Source of the DNA: Antedon mediterranea
Taxonomy: Eukaryota; Animalia; Echinodermata
Assembly: GCF_964355755.1 (NCBI RefSeq)
Contig: NC_092671.1
Span: forward strand, 26,548,070 to 26,612,069
Direction of reading: 5' to 3'
Length of the DNA stretch: 64,000 bases
Shown here: piece by piece, positions 1 through 12,400 of the stretch
Position numbering within the stretch: position 1 is the stretch's first letter
Layout: each line of letters starts with the position of its first letter
The notes under the pieces: generated by a model
What the model was told of the DNA's origin: nothing
Databases searched by the model: none
The model's input: the letters and a program-made list of their open reading frames with translations, nothing else
Position numbers and translations under genes: made by a program

Positions 1-670
1 TAAAAATTGTTTACAATTTTCAAACAAATCTAATAAGAGTATAATAAACTAATTAACGTGTAATGCAACATTAATCCTCTGTTTGTAACAGAAAGTCACG
101 TCTTCCAACTTCCCACATCCTTTCAAGAGTGCATTAACATTATACATAGTTCAGGTCTGTGTATGTGGCGAAAATCATCAACTGTAAATGACAATCAATA
201 CCGGTAGGCATGTTCTGTAAGTATATACCTATGTACAGAATGAAATAAGGAAGGACACATACTGGTACTAACAAAACTAATTATCAACTAAGAATAGTTT
301 TATTTGAATAATAATAGAACAGCAACGCGAAAAACAAATGGGTGTATTTGAAAAGAAATAGGTTTTTTAAAACAACTCGTATGAAAAAGTCGGTACATTG
401 AATCAACTTTTGTTTTAAAATTACAAATCACAAATTAAACCCTTGCCTCTTGTCCAAAAATGAGGTTTTTTGGCGCCCCTGCCTTAACCCATAGAGTAAG
501 CTTAACCGCTTGACCAGTCGACTAATATTTTGGTCCATATCAAAGAATATGTCCATGTTAAAAGAAGATAAAATGCCTGCTATTTAATATATCGTACTGA
601 AGATAAGTTTTTGTGACATGACCAATGTTTATCAATTTTCCTGAAAATCAATAGGCATGTTCTTTAAGTA

Positions 671-2468
671 CAGTGGTGGCGCCAGCCTACGGGGGCTCTA
701 GCCCCCTCGTCGGGGAGCCTAGCCCCCCCGTCGGGGAATATAACATACAGTAAAAAACGTTCGCGTTCACTTCATATAGCTTCAGCGCCTAGAAAACCAC
801 GACGTTCCATTGACCGTGAGAGTACGTCAGAGGGCTTTTATGCACTTTTATGCATTCATTATTGCCAGAGATCTAACTACTAAACAATAGCTAGTACGCA
901 CTTGTTTGGCGGTATCCCTTTGTACGAATCGTTCACCGTTGGGTCGAGACGCGTGATATCATGTTCCATCCAGGGACCAAAATGTGTAATGTAGTTATTT
1001 TCCAGGCGAAGTTTACCGACGGTTACCGAAGGGAACACGGGTACTTTTTGTCGGGGAATATAATATACAGTAAAAAACGTTCGCGTTCACTTGGTAGTTT
1101 CAGCGCCTAGAAAACCGCGACGTCTCATTGACCGTGATAGTACGTCAGAGTGCTATTATGCAATTTATATGCATTCATTATTGCCAGCGATCTAACTTAC
1201 TACTAAACATTAGCTAGGTACGCACTTGTCTGGCGGTATCCCTTTGTACGAATCGTTCAACGTTGGGTCGAGACGCGTGATATCAAGTTCCATCCAGGGA
1301 CCAAAATGTGTAATGTAGTTATTTTCCAGGCGAAGTTTACCGACGGTTCGGGTACTTTTTGTCGGGGAATATAATTCGTTCGCGTTCACTTCGTAGCTTC
1401 AGCGCCTAGAAAACCTCGACGTTTCATTGACCGTGAGAGTACGTCAGAGTGATATTATGCACTTTATATGCATTCATTATTGCCAGCGATCTAACTTAAT
1501 ACTAAACAATAGCTATAGGTACGCACTTGTCTGGCGGTATCCCTTTGTACGAATCGTTCAACGTTGGGTCGTGATATATCAAAATGTGTACTGTAGTTAT
1601 TTTCCAGGCGAAGTTTACCGACGGTTACGTCGTGTACTGTGTCGACGTACGCTACACTACAGCAAAAAAAAATATGTTCACCAATTTTTTAATTTACAAG
1701 TAACCTTCTGTACCGTGGGCCACCTAAAATAAATATTTCATCCATTACTAAACAAAAAAACATGCCATTTTCGCTTAGCCAACATCTTATTATAGCTAAG
1801 TTATTAAATTTTCAATGTCCTGTATGTCATGAATACAAATACAAAAAATACAAAATTTCCCCGACTGAAAAAGGTCTACGCTTGCGTTTTTTAAGCCTCT
1901 GGGCCTGATGTTTCCAAAGTATAAAATGCAATTTTTTGAAGACCTGCAGCTCTAGTTTTAAACATTTTCTTAGCTCAGCCCCAACAATAAAGCTGGTCAT
2001 ATTTCGAAGTACAAGAAGTGCATTTTCCGGGACCTAACATCTCTATTTTTCAAACATTTCTTAGCTCAGTCACAACCATGATAGGGACTTATATATTTTA
2101 TTTCATGTTTTGAAGTATAATAAGTCCAATTTCCAGGACCTCCAACTCTATTTTTCTAAATTTTCTTTGAACTTTTATTTTTTAAATTGAAAAATATGGA
2201 TTGAAACAGTAATCGCGCATCGTTTTTTTGCACGCAGTATTTTACTTATGCATTATAAAAAATGGAAAAAATGGCTACCCTAAATCTGATTAAAATGACC
2301 TCAAATGACGCTAGAACGCGTTGCTTCCGGGGGCTTCGCCCCCTGGACCCCCACCGGGGGCCCTTGACGGCCCCCTGGCCCCCAGCCTTGTGATGCTCGC
2401 TTCGCTCGCATAGCCCCCTTGTCGGGGAATGTAGCCCCCGCGTCGGGAAGATCCTGGCGCCACCCCTG
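671..2468. mobile_element. Non-autonomous hAT-superfamily DNA transposon (~1.8 kb)
   Basis: 15-bp TIR CAGTGGTGGCGCCAG / CTGGCGCCACCCCTG (1 mismatch), perfect 8-bp TSD TTTAAGTA (663-670, 2469-2476), subterminal CCCC..GTCGGGGA repeats, no transposase ORF. Confidence 0.85.
730..1628. repeat. Three tandem ~310-320 bp units inside the hAT element
   Basis: Units start GTCGGGGAATATAA at 730, 1050 and 1361 and share long identical blocks such as GGCGGTATCCCTTTGTACGAATCGTTCA. Confidence 0.9.
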
Positions 2469-3444
2469 TTTAAGTATACACCTATATACAGAATGAAATA
2501 AGGAAGGACACACGCTGGTACTAACAATAGATTAATTTGAATAACAATAGAACAGCAACGCGCGAAAAACAAACTGGTGAATTTGAAAAGAAATAGGTTT
2601 TTTAAAACTACTCGTATCAAAAAACATGTACATTAAATCAAATTATGTTTTGTAAATTACAAATCACAATTTATAACTCTTGCCTCTATAAAAATGATGT
2701 TTTTTAGACTAGTAGTTCTCGAAAAATGCAATTTCAGTACACTTGTTACTTTAAGACTGCTCGCCAGCTTTTAAAAATTGTCTCCTATCTTTTAACACTA
2801 GCCGGTCTGAAAATAATACCATTTTTATTATTTGTGAAGTTATTAATTAACCAATTTTGTTGATTTTCAATAGGCATGGTCTGAAAGTATATACCTATCT
2901 ACACCCAAAAATTCAGAACGATAACTTGAAAACTGTAGGCGCTATCGTGCAAACAAACATACATACATACATACATACAAGTGAATACTATACTTGGCAA
3001 AATTCTTTTTTGCCAAGTAACAAACAGACAAACAAACACACGCGATCGATTACATATACCTCCTTGGCGGAGGTAAATTACTAAAAAACCAAAAGTAAGA
3101 AATAAAATCATCGCATTTAATACATAGATAAGGCAGATTTTTTATATTCAACTTTTTTGCAGGAAATTCATGGAACCAATTGCGTTTTCAGAAATGATGT
3201 GCATGTGTCTTAAACTAATTCCCTTTTGTACTTAATTTCCTTGGATATAAAATACTTTCTATCCATAAACATTTTCAGTTTTAAGTGTACAGTAACATTG
3301 TTAAATATTTAACACGACATTACCCTAAGAGAGAAGTTTAAGTTACCCTCGTTTAAAAACAAAGTTTAATAATAAAAAAATGACAAAAAGGGGTCTCAAT
3401 AAAAATATAATATCTTCATTACTACATTTCTAATTTAATTTCAG

Positions 3445-6400
3445 ACAAAATTTGGTCCAGATATATGTGATGAACCTAGCCAAGAGGAACCTGCAATAGA
3501 AGAGCAAAGGCAGTGGGCCGAAAAAGCTATAAAGAGCTCTCCACATCAAGAAGAACTAGACGAAGTCTTTAACTTTTCATCAGATGACGATATGATGCAA
3601 CGACAGAAACGAGAATTATCCAGAAGAGAGCAAGATGCTATTAAGATTCATTTAGACAGAGTTAACAAAGCAAAAGCTGCTAAAGATGGAAGCAGCCCAA
3701 GAAAGATTTCCACAACAAAATCAGAAAGAATTGAGAGAAGAGAGGTTTCTAGTAGAAAATTGTCTTCAAGTTCTAGACAAAAAACAGCATCACCAATTTT
3801 GAGTCCTGATGAAGGGAGTGCAAGTGGTAACCGTATAAGAAAACGTTCTGAGTCTTCTAAAAGTGTGTCAATAGACGTCACTAGTAGTACAAGAGTTCGG
3901 TTAACAGAAAATGAAAAAAACGATAAAGAGAAAAACTATAACTCTCGAACAAGAAAAGAATCAAAGGTAGCTAATGTTGAGTCAGAAAAATCCCGAAAAT
4001 TATCTTCAAGTTTACAGACAGGAATGAAGCAAGAAACTGTTGAGAAAAATCGTGAAAAGAAAAGTCCAGAACGTAAAAAATCATCTACAAGTTTAAGAAC
4101 TGAAAGTCATTATGAGAAAAACGAAACTGTACAGAAAAGACATGAAAAGAAAAGTCCAGAATGTAAAAAATCATCTTCAACTTTACGGACTGAAATCCAT
4201 CAAGAGAAAAAAGCAATTGTTGACAAAAGTTGTGAAAAGAAAAGTCCAGAATGTAAAAAATCTTCTTCAACTTTACAGACTGAAATCAATCAAGAGAAAA
4301 AAGTAATTGTTCAGAAAAATCGTGAAAAGAAAAGTCCAGAACGTAAAAAATCTTCTGCTAGAATAGAAAATAAAGAAGTTTCAACAACCAGGCAGTCAAC
4401 TCAAAAATCTGTTAGCACAACTCAAACAGTACAAGAGAAAAAATCACTGGATACCAAAGTCACTGAAACTGTTGCAATAACTAGAAAAGCTGAAAAACTT
4501 TCTGAAAATGAAGGGAAAAGGAAGTCAAGTCCAAGTAAGGAAAGGAGGAAAAGCGAAATTATTGATAAACCATCAAGTAAGTTAATCAAAGACACCAGAA
4601 AGTTATCATCTAGTGTTTCCATATCATCAAGTTCTGATGACACCTCTTCATCACGCTTTCGTCGACATGGATCTTTGCGAACAAAGGCTGAGATGGAGAA
4701 GGATAAATCAAATTTCAATGCTCTGCAGATGAAGGATGAAGAATTGTTGTCAATGATGAAGCTTCGTCGATCCCAGTTAATTGAAAGTAGCAGTGATTCT
4801 CAGGAGGACGATAAGCAGATGACAAAAACATCAAAGGAAATTACCAATGTTAATATTTCTGAACGTCTGGAGAAATTCGAACAGATCGAATCTCCAAAGA
4901 GCCAGAGGTCATCAATGAGAAAATCGTGCAGCTTTGACCTACCACCTGAAGAACTTGCGTAAGTATTAAACCTACACTTTACACTTGCTACTGTATGTAA
5001 GTTTTCACTGTTTTCATAAAGAGTCGCAATCTGTACACATAACAAGATTATGTTTATGCTGCTTTAGTTTTTGTTAATACAAATTATTACACACAGTGGC
5101 AGCACCCCCTCCTTTTCAACACATACATGCCAACACTCCCATGTTTTAGACTTAGCTCCCCGCCTAACATCGTGCTCTTGGTTTTCCACATTTTCACCCA
5201 GATTACAAAGATAATTTAATTTTGTATGTATGTTTTTTTGCATCAAAACATAACAAATAAGCTCACACACAAATTTGTATAGCCATCTGCGGTTTTTTTA
5301 AACAAAAATATTTCAAAAATAAATAGAAGGCACTGTTGACCAAAAAAAAAACACCACCTCCCAATTTATTAACTTTCAATATTGACATGTATCTCAACAA
5401 GTAGGTTTAAACTAATCTGTTTATGGGCTCAGTGCATGTAAAATACACACCTTATAAACTACTTGTTGTTCAACCTAGAGGGCGCTCTTGTACATTGAGT
5501 AAATGTGTGAGTACATGTGTGATTACAAGACCCTTTTTACAAACACTCTGTACACAAACAAGTTAAACCTTCATCATTACTATATAAACATCAAAAAGAA
5601 ATTATATACATATAAGTTAATTTTATTTTTAAAACTATTTTTTAACAAATTTGTGTACAGGATTTTAGGTTATATGTTGGTCAATTCCAATCATATCATT
5701 AAGATATACCATTGTTTAAAAAATATGAATGAATTTGGTTTTTAAATGTTAATATTTCATTTGTTTAGAACATTTTCTTTAAAAAAACGAAATTTCTTCA
5801 AAATACAAATTAAGATTTTATCGACATGCTTTGCATTTACATTAAAATTACTATGTTAACAATAGCATAGCAAATATAACTCAGTGAATAAACACATGAA
5901 TGACAGAACAAACATGTCTGTATTTGAAGAGCGTTGGTTTTCATATATTGAACCTTTTCCTTGCAGCAAAGAAGATTGCAAAACAGATGAGCTCTCATCA
6001 TTAAGTATTAGCCAGAAGAAAATGATGTTCGCAAAAATTGCTGTTGAAAGTAGTACGCCGCCTTCATCACCTAAACCAGTGCATAGGTGTGTTCAGCGTC
6101 TCAGAGGACATGATAGTAGGTGGCAGACCCAACCTGTTACACCAGAAGAGCTTACAGATGCCGTTAAGTGGGCTGAGAATCAATCAATACGATCACAAAG
6201 CTCAACTAGCCTTGATTCAACACCAGAGGTACAAGAAGATGAGTTCTCAAAATTGTCACTTTCGGAGAAGATGAAGCTGTTTAAAGAAAAATCTGAAACC
6301 AAAAAAGACCCACCACCAAAACGAACAACTCCTCGTCGAAAAAAGCGTACAGAATCGCGATTTAAAACACAACCGGTTACAATTGAGGAGGTTAAGAAAG

Positions 6401-9400
6401 CTGGTTCTTTCTCTCCACTTGCTTGTAGCTTTGCCAAACCACCAGATCCAGAACTTCTTAAAACACTTTCAGTTGCAGACCAAATGAAACTTGTTTTTAA
6501 TGAGCAAAATGCTGAAAGGAACTCTTTAACAGGCAGTAGAGGATCTCTTTCTTTGTCTGGGAGCCGCGGCTCCATCACAGAACGTAGGGAATCTCAATCA
6601 GATGTTAAAGACACTGATACAATCGAACCAGATAACATGATCTCCACACCTACTGGTTCTCCTGCTCTTCGTCGCAGTATTCTTAAAAAGCAAGCTTCTG
6701 GTGACAGCCCTGAGGGAGATGGACTTGATTCACCTAGAAGTATTTTAAAGATTGAACGTAGAGATAGTTTTAACAATGTTGTTCGACAGGAGAGTTGCAA
6801 AGTGGAGCGAAGTTTGGCAGATGACAGCATTCGAGCAGAGAGAGTTCGAAGCATCTTAAAAACGGAGCAGGAATTAACAATTGAAACGGATAAAGATGTT
6901 CCTAGTATCCTTCGTAAGGATTCTGGGGCTGATAAAAAGGATGTTGGAGGAATTTTGAGAAAAGATACTGAATTAGAACAAAGGAGAGATTCTGTGGAAA
7001 GTAAATCAATTTTAAAGAGAGATACTAGTAAAGATAAATTGGAAGTGTCTGGAATACTAAAACGAGATGTCTGTGACACCAAAGAAGTTGATCAAGACAA
7101 GTCAAATGGAATATTAAAAAAGAGTCCAGAACATAAAGTAAAACAGGTAATTTGTCAGTTTTTCAAATCAAATTCTTGTCAATCAATAGAAAATTAACTT
7201 ATTTGGTGAATGGAGGTTCATATGCAAGGTATTATACTGGTCAACAATTTGACCGATGAACTTTCAGAACTTGTTATTGGTAAAATTACTTGCATTGTGT
7301 GCATCCTTATGTTGCATCCTAGTGGGATCCGATCTTAACCATAGAATAACTTCATTGTGTGCATCCTTATGTTGCATCCTAGTGAGATCCAATCTTAACC
7401 ATAGAATAACTCCATTGTGTGCATCCTTATGTTGCATCCTAGTGGGATCCGATCTTAACCATAGAATAACTCCATTGTACACACAGCATCCTACAGTTGA
7501 TACTAACCCTTAAAAGTAATAAGGTTACATTTTTTTGTTGAGCTACAATGTTACATACATTAGAAATATTTACCTTTTTAAAACTTTAGTATTAACGATT
7601 ATATTGTACCATATGATATTACCCTATTTTAGCCTACCTACAAAAATGCTAGTAAATCTAATTATATTAGAAAGTAAACAACTGGAAAGAGTATTTCTTG
7701 GAATCTGGAATTCATTATTTTATTTGCAACAATCACTATTTTAATTTCAAGGTGATCTAGATTTTCTATCTTACTTCCAATCTTTGTTTTGGCACATTTG
7801 TCACATAACTGACAAATCTCTTTCTCTTAACAATTATTTCATATTATATAATTATATAGTTTGCTGTTGTAAAATTGTTGTGGAATTTATGAATCATCAA
7901 AACTTTGGCCTACAGTCTCATGAACACAGCAGGAGTATGTGCCCTTTTGATTTACTCCAGTTTTGGACTCTTCCAAAAGTTACCCAAAGGGTGGGTTAAA
8001 TCATAGAGGAACCATTATTTCTATGATTGAAATGCATTTAGTTTTCTTATATCCCCTTTCCTATTGTTTGAAAGTCCAAGTAAAACTAGATTGAAATCTG
8101 AAAGTGTTTAGTGCAGGCCAGGATTTTAAAAAGTGGAATAATTAGCTTGTTATGTTACTGTATACATGCAATGTTTTAGTTTTGGAAGTTTTTACAAATT
8201 GTTATATTTTTGCATTGGAACCTTGGAAATAATAGAGGTCAATACAGTACAGTATATTAACACTGATTGTGCAAATTTATGTTGAACATGATTTGTTGTG
8301 ATTTTTTTCCTTAGAAGTTATTTTTTTATCGTTTTTAGCATAATTGTTTTTTTAAATAAAAACAAAAACTATTGTTTTATAAGATGTACTTTATGGAAAG
8401 GTTTTTATAATAACATTGTATAATTTAACTACAATTTAATACTTGAAATCATCATTATAATACAAAGATATCTGACCTAATTTTATTCTAAGGTCATTTA
8501 AAGAATTTGTATCAGCAGGCAATAAGACTTTCAGTTTATAATTTAATAATAATGACACAAATAAACTTGGTTAACATGGAGCTAAATTTTGAAAATTGCT
8601 TTCTTTATCAAATTTGTTGATGCCCATTGTAAAACAAACCTTTCTGTTTTAGAGTTCCAAAGTGTCAGCTGATATTTCCAGCTCTGAATCTGAAGGTGAA
8701 GTACGAAGACGAAAGAAATCCAGGGAAGAGAAGAAAGGAACAAGACGAGCACTGGCGAAAGAAAGTGGAGGATCAGACAGGTAAGAAATCTTACGTTGTT
8801 AATCTTGCGTTGTTAATGTATGGTCACCTTTTATTAGAAATGTTGGTATCAACTGAGTCAATGTATTGTTCTAAAGCTTGACTTGAAAGCAGAAATAGAC
8901 GCATTGATGTGCCTGTGTGTGTACACCATGCTGTCATCATATCACTACAGTTATCACCAACCTTTAACATATAAAGCTTTATTTTTTTCACGACCATCTT
9001 GATATCACCTAACTTGATCCATTCCATCTCGTCGCTTTCGCTGCTCTGACAAATCATTTCTATCTGTTTTCTGTTTCCGGGCTAAGACTTATAGTAGACG
9101 CTCCTTTTCTTTTGTTGCATCGTCTCTTTGAAAAACCCCCTCCTTTTGTTAAGCGAAAATAGCAATACTGAATGAAAATAATAGGTTTAAAGTTCAACAC
9201 TTTATTTATAGTATTAAGCTCTCTCTCTCTCTCTCTCTAAAAATCTCTGATCCTTTGATTGGTTATATATTTCCTTGAACTTTATGGACATACTGTATTT
9301 AATTTATAATGACATGATTAATGCTGAAGTATGGAGTTCTATATCATTTGACATTTTTTTGTTTGAATTATTTATTATATTTCCGTGTTTGAATATAATT

Positions 9401-12400
9401 TTAGTAATTTAGCAAAACATGGTACCAGTATTGCAAATAATCAGGATATCGTAAATAATCCAAGATTTAAATATACAATACAATTAAGTTGGATAAGTAG
9501 TGAATATTCATATGATTGGTCAGTCAATAAATTTATATTGTTAAACTAAATATTAGTTTTTGTATGTAAACGTATACACATGCATCATGGACAGTAGTAG
9601 TGGGATTAAATTTCTGCTGATTTCATTGCGTTTAATATTAAAATTATCCATAAATAATACAGTAATTAAGATGAAATTGGACTAATAAATAATTAAGTAT
9701 GACATTTTGTTTTCAATATCTTCACTCTAAATTAGGTAATAGTAATATCATAATTGCTAAAGGTCATGAATATTAATATACAGTATATATTTGAAACACT
9801 AAACGAAGGATATATAGATGTTTAAGCTGTTTAATTGGAATGGATTGTTAATGGTTTCTGATTCAACTTGTTAAGCCTCTCTTTTGTGTTCCAAACCTCA
9901 AGGGTGTGATGAGTGTCTCTGCTCTCCAATAAAACAACCCCTGGTTTTTAACACCATTGAAATAATCTCCTGATATATATAAAATTATGTTTGCTGCCAT
10001 CAATTCATAAATCATAAAAACCCTATCAAGCAAATGGAATAATCCATGTATGATATTGGTATCTTTATAAAATATTAATGGAACTAACCACTGTACTGGA
10101 AAGGGGACAACTTTTTAATCACCAGAAGCTTTTGTACCCAATCAACCATGAATTGTAGGATTAGCATGACAAAAAATACAGCATACAGTTTATTGCAATG
10201 CTTGATTTACTATAACCTTTTGCTTTGAAGTGGACTGTCATGCCAGGCTGTTTGAATCGGAAGGGTACATTAATTTATGGGACCAGATGACTTGCTTACA
10301 GACTTCAGTCTAAGCTACAATTTTACATCTTCCAAGTTCACTGCTGGAGTTACTTTTGCAATACAGTAATCGTTTGATATTCTTGTGTTTTCATGTTCCG
10401 TTTGTTTTAACTTGTTCATCCTTATTTTGTCTTTGGTCCCACCTGTTGCAATGGGACAGGAATGCTGTTAAAAGTATTGGATATAATATATCAATCCACA
10501 GGTATAGTATAGTATATGTATTTATATTGTTTTTTATTCGTTTTTGTGATCAAACTTAAGTTATATGACATAATTATTATTAACTAATAATTATTGAGAT
10601 TACTATAATTTTGGAAATAGAGTAATATAATCTTTTTCTATATGGACACCTTAGGGACCCTGTGAATAAGATCTAAAACACAGTTTCAGTTGTATTTTTG
10701 TAGGTTTCGGTTTCTTCTAATGTTTATAACAGGTACCAACATGAAAATGCAAGAAACCTTGTATGTTTCTACTAACTAAACAAAAAGAAAACAAATATTT
10801 ATATAGAAGACAACCATCTAAAGTATCAGTATAATGCGTTGTTGTATACTGCATTGTTAGTGTAGATTAGGATTAACTATTCATTTAGACATAAACTACA
10901 ACAGTGGGTGTATATACACCCACTATATAGTATTTGTACTTGAATTGGACTCTACTCTATTTTGCTTATTGTTAGTGTCAGTTTTTGTTATGTAGTTGTT
11001 AAGAACATTTAGGAACACTAGGAAGTTAGGCCCATTTTCAGCTGCAGTATTTTTAAATATAAAGAGCTCATTCTATTAAAATAGAAAGTTCTTTATTTTA
11101 GCTGATGTACGAGAGGATAAGGCAACTTTCTTGCCTAGTGACACAGTTTAGGCAATAATCAAATTCATAACTCAGACTTATTCAGGTTCAATTTGTCATA
11201 ATTGCTCATCACTATCTTGTCATTCATCTCTTAGTCATTCTTAATTTATAATGTCCAAGAAAAGCATGATAAAAATCTAGTTACTATAACTATAAACATG
11301 ATTGTTTTAGAATGCTCAACTAAACTTTTTTGTTCAGATCTATACTGTTCTTTGTTTTGTTTAGAATTGACATTAAAAAAGCAGTGTGTAAACATTACAT
11401 TTTCTGATAAGCTTTTTAAAATTTGTTTTATTTTCTCATTGTTAACCTTCTCATATCCTTGTTTACATTGATATATTTATTTACATGATAGTATTTACCT
11501 TAGAAAAGTGCTAGGCCTCCACAGCTATTTTCAGCTTGCAGGCACATTTTGCATGTACACAGTATGTGTCGGCCAGTTTAAGCCCAATTCACAGTTGTTA
11601 ATCATGAAAACACTAATGTATGATGTTGGAGGTCTAGCATTGATTTGACCCCTTACTTCCTGGTTCACCTTGAAAAACATCTGTTTTAAGGAAAATATGA
11701 ACAATATTATTATAATTAATATTATAATATTGTAATACAGCAATAATAGAAAATATTAGTAAGAATCAATACTACACCCAGTGGTGTAACGGCTATGAGC
11801 TCTCACTGGCTAAACCTAGGGCTCCATAGCTTAAGAGGCCCAAGAGCATGAGCAGCCCTAACTACTCAGTGTTGGAATGCTCCTTAGGAGTGCTAAACCA
11901 GGGGCCTTTGCCTCCTGTGTTAGTTACGCTACTGGCTATACCATAAAGATCGGATGGGACGTAAAGCTGTTGGTCCCGTGTACATGTGCACGTTAAAGAA
12001 CTCGGTACACTATTCGCAAAGAGTGGGAGATCGTCTTCCGGTGTGCTGATATGGTAGGCGCTGCATTGCTGTCCGTAGAGGACCTAATCCGATTTTCCTC
12101 AGTTTCCAGTTAAGCTTGAGGACAAGTATTTTTTTTTTTTTTTTTTTTTTTTTCCTTTTACAATTGAAACAATATTAGAAAAATAAATAAAAAATTCACA
12201 TACAAATAACAATCAATTAAAATTTTGCGAGAAAAAGAAAGTAGGCATTATCCCAGAAAGATATATGATGTTGAGTTAGGTCTGCCTGGGACACAGAGAA
12301 CGAAAGGAAAGAGACAAGCTGTAAATGGGAGGACAAATTAACCAGGACAGTAAACACTACGGATTGCAACCGAGAAGCCAAGAAAATAGAAATGATAGGG

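Larger units (their letters stand above)
206..3075 (+). mobile_element. Helentron/HINE-like (rolling-circle type) repeat remnants, internally duplicated and interrupted by a hAT insertion
   Basis: The block TAGGCATG..TAAGTATA..TACAGAATGAAATAAGGAAGGACAC occurs at 206 and at 652 (split by the hAT, resuming at 2477), with a diverged copy at 2871. It is followed by an (ACAT)n run and two terminal hairpins, TACTTGGCAAAA..TTTTGCCAAGTA (2991-3019) and TACCTCC-TTGGC-GGAGGTA (3057-3075), typical of HINE/DINE-1-like ends. Confidence 0.5.

Noticed and set aside
1427-2620. ORFs 1427-1732, 2246-2620 and 2301-2513
   Set aside because: Inside the non-autonomous hAT, with no transposase motifs and no splice support.
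3592-7197. The 456-aa and 437-aa ORFs as stand-alone genes
   Set aside because: Both are large supervillin exons (3445-4958, 5967-7146). Their ORF starts and stops do not match the splice boundaries.
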